This document shows, piece by piece, positions 56,725 through 64,000 of a stretch of 64,000 nucleotides of DNA; the stretch's first letter is position 1; every line of letters begins with the position of its first letter. The translations under genes and the position numbers were made by a program. Location of the stretch: NCBI RefSeq assembly GCF_009834535.1, contig NC_045697.1, forward strand, positions 26,104,001-26,168,000, written 5' to 3'. Source of the DNA: Camelus ferus. Lineage: Eukaryota. The notes beneath the pieces are model-generated. The model was not told the DNA's origin. It was given only the letters and a program-made list of their open reading frames with translations, and searched no databases.

Positions 56725-57262
56725 CTGGTTGCAGCCTCTCTGGAAGATGCTTTAAGATTAGTAAGTGGGTTCCCTTTTCCTATGGTCCATGTGCTTTTTA
56801 ATCTGGTGTTTTTGCTCTGGTTTTTGAGTTGAGTGAGTCTTTGTGCAAGCCCTTTAAGAGCAGGCTTGCTCCCTGCTGCTCTGTTATTTTCCTGGATGTA
56901 TACACTCTGTTGGTTTTCAAAGTCAGGTATTTTGACGGGCTCGTCTCTTCTATTTAGGATCTAGGGTTTGGGTGCCTGGTGTGGAGGAGTTTCATTCCCT
57001 CACTTCTCAGGGAAAAAAATCTGTACTTTGTCATCCCTCCTGATTGTAGATCGCTGTGGCTGGGTTTTGGATTTTTCCTTGGTGAGACCTTTATCTCTGT
57101 CTCTCCTCCCTGTCTCCATGCTGTTCCTTTTACCCTTTGTTGTGGAGGCTTTGTTCATCCAGTTTTAGGTCCTTTTCTGAGGGAATTATTTCATATATGG
57201 CTGTAGATTTGTTGTGACCATAGGAGGAAGTGAGTTCAGGATCTTTCCACGCCGGCACCTTG
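56725..57262 (-). mobile_element. L1 5' UTR fragment, antisense
   Basis: gagtgagtctttgtgcaagccctttaagagc...ttggttttcaaagtcag...ggaggaagtgagttcaggatctt resembles an L1M2/L1MA-type 5' end. Confidence 0.55.
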
Positions 57263-57454
57263 CTCATATGCCTTAATGGAAGTTTTATATACATGTTTAT
57301 GTAATGTCTATGACTTGAATACCTATAGAATATTATAGTCAGATTTAATAAACCTGTATCAAGTGCTTTTTATGAACCAGTGTGCTGTGCATTTATTAAC
57401 ATAGAGCACTTACATCATTCATGTACCATTGCTATGAGTAGGCTTTTTAAAAGA

Positions 57455-58030
57455 AATTGTTTTATTTTGAAATAATTATAGGTTCACAGGAAGTTGCTAA
57501 ATATAGTACAGACAGGTGCTATATATTCTTCCCCCAGCCTTCCTCAGTGGTTACATCTTACATAACTGCAGCGAAATATCGAAAGCAGGAAGTGGATATT
57601 GTGTATTTATAGTACTTTACCATTTTATCCCACGTGTAACCACTGCATTCAGGATACACAAGTGTTCTGGCACCACAAACACCTCCCTTGTGCTATCTTT
57701 TTATGGTCTTTCACCACCATCCTAACCCCTAGAAATCACTAATCTGTTTTATATCTTTATAATTCTGTAATTTCAACAATGTGATATAAATGGAATCATG
57801 GAATATGTGACCTTGTGAGACTGTAATTTTTCACTCAGCACAATGCCCTAAGGTCCATGCAAGTCGTTGCATATATCAATGATTTATCCATTTTATTACT
57901 AACATCCCATCCTGTGGATTTACCATAGTTTTTTTAGCCATTCACCTATTGCAGAAAATTGTAGTTGTTTCCAGTTTTTGGCTCTTACAGATAAAGTTGC
58001 TGTGAACATTTATGTACAGGATTTTGTGAT
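57455..58030 (-). mobile_element. L1MC/MB-type 3' UTR fragment
   Basis: ttattttgaaataattataggttcacaggaagttgc...atataaatggaatcat...gttgtttccagtttttggct...gctgtgaacatttatgtacagg. Confidence 0.8.
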
Positions 58031-58330
58031 GGGTGTGTGCATTTTAATAAATCACTTTTCAGAGCTGGGATTGAGGGGATAAGTAAACTGTGCAAAGTAC
58101 TTAACAGGTTTCCAAATCCAGATGTTTTTACTTTACCTCCTGTGCTGTTTTCAGGCTCCTGTATTAAGTGAGAACAAACTGCTCTGCAGACAGCATAGAA
58201 AAGTTATGATTATATATTTGATTTCTTCTTGACAAAATTTTGGTTTCAGAGTAATATCTGCTTAAAGACTTAATGGTTTTTAGCATCACTTCTGCATATT
58301 GACTCATTTATTACAAAAACAAATGTTTGA

Positions 58331-58395
58331 TGACTGGAACATTGTGCTGTGCACCAGAAATTGACACATTGTAACTGACAGTACTTCAATTAAAA
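58331..58395 (+). mobile_element. Very short (~65 bp) lineage-specific L1 3' end with TSD
   Basis: tgactggaacattgtgctgtgcaccagaaattgacacattgtaactgacagtacttcaatt(A)n, nearly the same as 42330-42390. Flanks aaaaacaaatgtttga / aaaaactaatatttga match at 14 of 16 positions. Confidence 0.8.
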
Positions 58396-58826
58396 AAAAA
58401 CTAATATTTGAGTACCCATTGGGTACCAGGCTTGGTGCTAAGTGTTGAGGCAAGGTGCCTGGCTAACGAGGGTTTTTACACAATACTATGTAACATAGAG
58501 GTAGCTTGCTCTATGTTAGCTAGTATTAACAACTCTAAGTTTTAGTTTAGAAAATGTTTATTTAGAGTTAATATGACTGCTATAATAATATTTAAATGTG
58601 TATTCTTACATTTAAATTTTCTGAAAGATGTGGGTCAATATATGTTGCCTTATCTCAGAAAACCAATTGCTGAGCATGAATGCACAAATACACAATCTAA
58701 TTTTGTAATCCATGCAATTCAAGACTTTTTTTCAAGTTGAGGTGAGGTTCAGATGGATTTTTATGTGTGGCTTGTTCACAAATTAATGGTTTCTTCTGCT
58801 TATTCTGTGCCCCTTTCTCCCTAAAG

Positions 58827-58884
58827 CATGAAAAATTAATCAACCGTCCACAGAGTACCAAAAGAATTTCTACAGACCCTCTAG
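58827..58884 (+). CDS. DTHD1: DTHD1 coding exon 9 (58-nt linker exon)
   Basis: Acceptor ccctttctccctaaag|CAT, donor G|GTAAGG. Translation HEKLINRPQSTKRISTDPL; it bridges phase 0 (exon 8) to phase 1 (exon 10). Confidence 0.92.
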
Positions 58885-60438
58885 GTAAGGAATATTTTCT
58901 ATGTCCTCATTACAGTGATGTTCTTTTCCCCTTATATTTTATATTTTATGTGAATCTTTTAATAAACAAGAATGTAGAATTTAGCAATTAAATAATCCTT
59001 CATCAAATAATCATTTATTATCAGCCTAAGAAGTAAGTTTTCCTTCGGAATTCATGCACATATAAACAAAAAAAAACCATTCTTGAATGTAGATGTAATT
59101 AAAATTTTGCTAAGATCTACGAGAAATATGAATTTAACTAAGTAGTATTTAACTAAGACAACTAGTAATTGCCTAGTTTGGTAAATAGACAACTACAGTT
59201 TGTTCTGAAATGTTGACTCTTAGTTACAGATCTTAAACTAGATTTTAAGTAGAGTTACATTGGTACGAAACCACAAAGCAAACATGTAATATTTGATTGT
59301 GGTTATGTGTAATCTAACTATATAACAATAATGCATATTTTAGGGTAGAATTTGACACTTTTAGTCTAGTTTAACCTTTGAAACAATTCATTTTGTGATA
59401 TTAGTAGTTACTGCTGCAATAATTTATTGATCTTCAAAAGACATCAGTGAGTGCGTCTGGACTGCTGTGTCAGTCTCACCACTGATGGTGTAACATTCCG
59501 TTCAAGGGTTATCTTTACGGACTTGTACAGAAAGTGCACAAGCTTCACTGAATTAAATTAGAAGTGAGTAGGATGGGAATAAACCTTAACATCAGACACT
59601 CTCTCAGAGGCAATAAAATTATTTTCAAAGAGAGAACAGGTGACAGAGGAAGCAAAACAAAGAATACTAAAGCCACAAACCAAAAGAAGAAAACCCCGTT
59701 AAAACAACTGCAGCAGTAGCTGAAATCCCGGTGAGTTTGATAGTGTTGTCGACTCCCGAAGAACTTGACGTTCAAATAAAAGCGCTCCAACCACCGGAGA
59801 GGACAAAGGTATAATGATCTCTCCTAAGTGTACCAGGACGTCCTAAGTTGTTTCTCAGTGTGATCCTGCACAGTAATACCACCTGAGCTGTTGTAGGATG
59901 ATGGTAGATGGTCAGTTAGAGCAGGATAGAACTATGAACAGTTTCGAACGCCAAGTTCAGAAGTTTAGACAATGTAGGTGCCTACAAGAGATTTATTAAC
60001 AAAGAAGGAGTAAGATCAGATTGGACTTCGAAAACTTCTATTAGCTGTGTGGAAGACTAAAGTCAGCCAAAACTGAGAGCAGGGATATGACTCAGAACCC
60101 TGGTTCTTGCAGTCCTCCAGGAAAAAGAGGCAGGGCATGGTTAAGATTGAGTCAGTAAGGCTGGAAAGTGGGGAAGTATCTGAGATATGTTTAGTGTTAG
60201 GACCAATAAAACTTGAGTACAGGCGATACGAAATGGGCTTTGAGAAATTGGAATAGTATTACATGTGTTAGTGTACAAAGCTGAGTGGTCACATTCACTA
60301 AGAAAATGATTAGAGTGAAGGAGCAGGTGGAGAGAGGGAAACACCACAGTTGACTCTGATTTCAGAAATATGGAATTTGAATTGGCTGTGGTATAAAATG
60401 GTAACAATAATTAGGAGATGAATATTGCAAATGCTGTG

Positions 60439-61075
60439 CAGTTGTACCTTGGAGACATTGCAAGTTTAGTTCCAAATCACTGCAATAAAGCGAATATCAT
60501 GATAATGTGAGTCGCATGAATTGTGGGGTTTCCCAGTGCATATAAAAGTCATATTTACACTAGATTGTAGTCTATTAACTGTGCAATAGCATTATGTCTA
60601 AAAAAGTGTATCTACCTTAATTTAAAAATACTTTATTGCTAAAAATTAGTGTTAATCATCACCTGAACCTTCAGGGATTCATAGTCTTTTTGCAATAGCA
60701 ACATCAATGTTCACTGATTGCTGATCACCATAACAAAGAAAATAATAAAAAAAAAGTTTGAAATATTTTAAGAATTACTAAAATGTGACACAGAGACAAA
60801 AAGTGAGCAAACGCTGTTGGAAAAATGGCGCCTGTAGATTTGCTTGACACAAGGTTGCCACAGGTTTTCGATTTGTCTATTTCTTGGAGGAGGGTAATTA
60901 GGTTTGTTTATTTCTTTTTTTAATGGAGGTACTAGGGATTGAACCCAGGACCTAGTGCATGCTAAGCACACACTTAACTACTGAGCTATACCCTCCCCCA
61001 AATATTCAATTTGTAAAAAAACACAATAGCTGTGAAGTGCAATAAAGCAAAACTCAAGAAAACAAATTCTACCTA
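60439..61075 (-). mobile_element. Internally deleted Tigger1-like DNA transposon, interrupted by a SINE
   Basis: Both ends resemble Tigger1 termini (cagttgtaccttggagacattgc...caataaagcgaatatc; tgtgaagtgcaataaagcaaa...accta). Confidence 0.8.
60877..60999 (-). mobile_element. tRNA-derived SINE, camelid Vic-1-like
   Basis: The reverse complement GGGGGAGGGTATAGCTCAGTAG...GCTTAGCATGCACTAGGTCCTGGGTTCAATCCCTAGTACCTCCATTAAAA has Pol III A and B boxes and an A-rich tail. Degenerate flanking repeats ttcgatttgt / ttcaatttgt. Confidence 0.85.
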
Positions 61076-63157
61076 TACCAGGATTTAGGGAAACAGAGCC
61101 AAAGCTGAAGAGATAGTAGATCTGGGATATTTCACATAGAGGAGAAGGTTAAGGTAGTAAGATTTGGTGAATTCACTGCAGGGATGGGCAGAAACAGAAG
61201 GGCCCTGAGATAGAAAGCAGTAATTCAGCACCATCAGGAGGAAGGGAGTCAGCAAAGGGACAAGGGAGGGAAGAGGAAGACCAGGGCAGGCCATGGAACC
61301 CAAGGGAAGGGGTGCAGTGCTCTGGAAGGCAGGGAAGATACAGACCAAGAATCAGTTGCTGTAAGTAGTATCTAGGAGGGCTCTAGAAAGACCGGAAAGA
61401 AAGGTTTTAATAGAGATTTAAGAGACGATGTATCACCCTAAAGCAAGGGCTCAGGGAGTGAGCTAATAGTGATGAGCTTAAGGCATCAAGTTTATGTTAT
61501 ACATGAAAAGATTTCATGGTCAAGGGAAGGGGAGAGATGAGGGCTTGAAACATCAGCAGAAGCAAGGAGAGGGGAGGCCTGAGAGTGCTTGTGGGAAGCA
61601 TGGGAAGCACCTGACGGAGGAGGTGGTTAAGGAACAGGTGTGAAGGAACAAATACTTGATGAAAAACACTGTGGGGGATGGAACCCAGCAAGCACGGAGG
61701 AGGGATATTTTGTAAGAAACTGATTTGGAAATGAAAACGAGGTTATGAGAACTTAGGTCAAAAGGCTTCGGGTAAAGTTAGGAGAGACAGACACTGGCTG
61801 AGTGAAACAGAGTAAGAGTGAGACTGAGGCTTAAGGGTGGTAGAGTTTTGTGTCATTGCTATGGAAAATTTTCAATTGGATTCAGGGAACAGACTTTTTA
61901 ATGGATTTATAAGCTGCTAAGGCGTACCCAGCACAGAGATTTTTGATCACATTCAGTACAGTTCCGTAAGCCTGGGCACCCCAGTAGTTGACCTGCCATG
62001 TTTGTAAGGCAGGATTGGCGATTGAAAAATTGGGCACATTGAAAGCTAAAGAGGACAACAGATTTTAAGGAGGACAATCGTTAAGGGCAGTGTGGGTACA
62101 GAGGCAGAGACGATGGAATGATTGACGGCATCAAGGGACTTGTTCTATTGGTGACAGGGGCAAGAAGCACATTAAGCAGGAGCAAAGGAATAGAAGCTGC
62201 GGAAGTTTAAGAGGTCAGGTAGTGGTCAGCAGCAATACTGAGAAGCTGAGGCCATGGAGGTGGGATTGTTCCGGCTGAGGATGAAACACAAGGATTTGCC
62301 GTGCAAGTCAGTTTCCAATATGGCGTCACCACACAGGTCCTTGAGATTGTCAAGATTAACAAACCATGTGGTCCAAGGTGTGACCTTATCCACAGGGTGG
62401 CTGACAATGCTGCCTGCCAACGGCAGGAGACAGGTGGTGTAGATGGGGAGAGGAAGGCGTACACATGTAGCAGGACATTAAAAGGGATATATTGCAAGAT
62501 GGAAGCAGAATGTTGGTTTGAAAGTGACAATGGAGAGGAAGGATGTGTTGGCTCCATTTTCTGAGTAGCTTTCACAGAAAAGCCGCAGGATTTATAGTGT
62601 AAAAGCAGGTGCAATTTATGTGAGTAGGTTCATGGAAAGAATAGTTGAGTAAAAGATGGCAGACCTAGTGTTCTTTTCCGACACCAGACCAGGGAAACTG
62701 GTGCAGAGGTCTGCGTGCAAGCGGGATGTGCAAGTGCAAGTGCCGCCGCTTAGGGCTGACGTGTGGAAGGAGAGAGGGAGGAGGGCTCGGGGGCTTACTG
62801 CGAGGAACGGATCTGAGCTACACAATGAAATAAATAACAGCCAAACAACAGAAAATGGGAATCATGCATTTAGGCAGTAGACAGGAGTCACAGAGTAAAG
62901 GAAAGAGTATGCTGAACACATAGGATATATTCAGAGATGTTTGTGCTGCTAAATAGTCCAGAGGCCAGGGGAAATGTTGGTGTAAAGGACCTTCCCCTGA
63001 ACTGTACTTTGGTTAGTGGATCTTGGTGAGTTGTGTGTGTCTGTGCACGTGCATGTAGCTGAGGGGCTGGGGCATAAGCATTGCTTAGTTGCCTTTATGC
63101 ATCTGGTTAGTACTAATTAAGAGAAGTATCTTTTGAACCTAAAAACATCATTTAGCA

Positions 63158-63334
63158 TAGTGCCACTCAAAGTATGGTTAAGGACCTCAGTGTCAGCATC
63201 ATCTGGGAGCTTGTTAAAAATCCCGTTTCATCCCTACCCTAGTCTTCCTTAATTAGCCTGTCTGGGGAGGGGCCTAAAAACCATTTTAACCAGTCCTCCT
63301 GGATCTCTGGGAAGTGAAAATTAGAGAAGTATTT
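63158..63334. mobile_element. MER5A-like hAT-Charlie element
   Basis: ctcaaagtatgg...cagcatcatctgggagcttgttaaaaat...ggggcc...ttttaaccag...agagaag. Confidence 0.7.
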
Positions 63335-63501
63335 CTAACCGTCTGCAGTGTAGGTGGTTCCCTTAGAAGAAGATCCCAGAAAGATCAGGGATTCAAAGGC
63401 TCTCAACTGTCCATCCGGGTGGTCCCACATTTTTCAGAGGCCAAATAAGAGATGGTGTAGCATAGATGTCCTGAGAACAGGTGGAAGGGTCCTGACACTG
63501 A

Positions 63502-63882
<381 letters not shown>

Positions 63883-64000
63883 TCGGTTGGAAGATGGCTT
63901 CTGTCAACATTTTACTAGCGGTTTCCAAGTAATGTTGTTTGAAGGGAATCTATTTGACAGACATGCTATTGAGACAAGGGAAGAAGCACTAATCAAACAA

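Noticed and set aside
60925..60999. tRNA gene
   Set aside because: A and B boxes are present, but the sequence runs into a SINE tail and lacks a proper acceptor stem.
61085..62880. Cluster of overlapping 60-135 aa ORFs in intron 9
   Set aside because: Purine-rich, probably decayed L2-like sequence. No domain similarity or coherent splice signals.

Overview
AT-rich mammalian genomic DNA, probably from a camelid (it carries a Vic-1-like tRNA-derived SINE and cetartiodactyl-type L1 3' ends). One + strand gene, DTHD1 (death domain containing 1), spans almost the whole window. I could rebuild a phase-consistent 10-exon CDS by hand: join(2714..2984,5292..5904,9270..9600,12151..12330,13398..13642,28450..28614,29532..29821,35473..35717,58827..58884,63521..63882) = 2760 nt, 919 aa plus stop. 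The protein has an acidic, probably disordered N-terminal region, two ZU5-like units, a UPA-like domain and a C-terminal death domain, resembling PIDD1/ankyrin/UNC5. Introns are filled with decayed L1, L2, MIR, MaLR/ERVL LTR and DNA-transposon relics, and most other ORFs in the track are by-products of these repeats. I found no clearly new biological system. The most notable observations are a probable GC-AG first intron, an RFX X-box/forkhead module before exon 1, loss of the PIDD1 HFS self-cleavage motifs, an apparent stop-loss C-terminal extension, a 5'-inverted L1, and an ~810 bp element with long terminal inverted repeats that I cannot name. Repeat family names and comparisons to human proteins come from memory, not database searches, and repeat boundaries are approximate.
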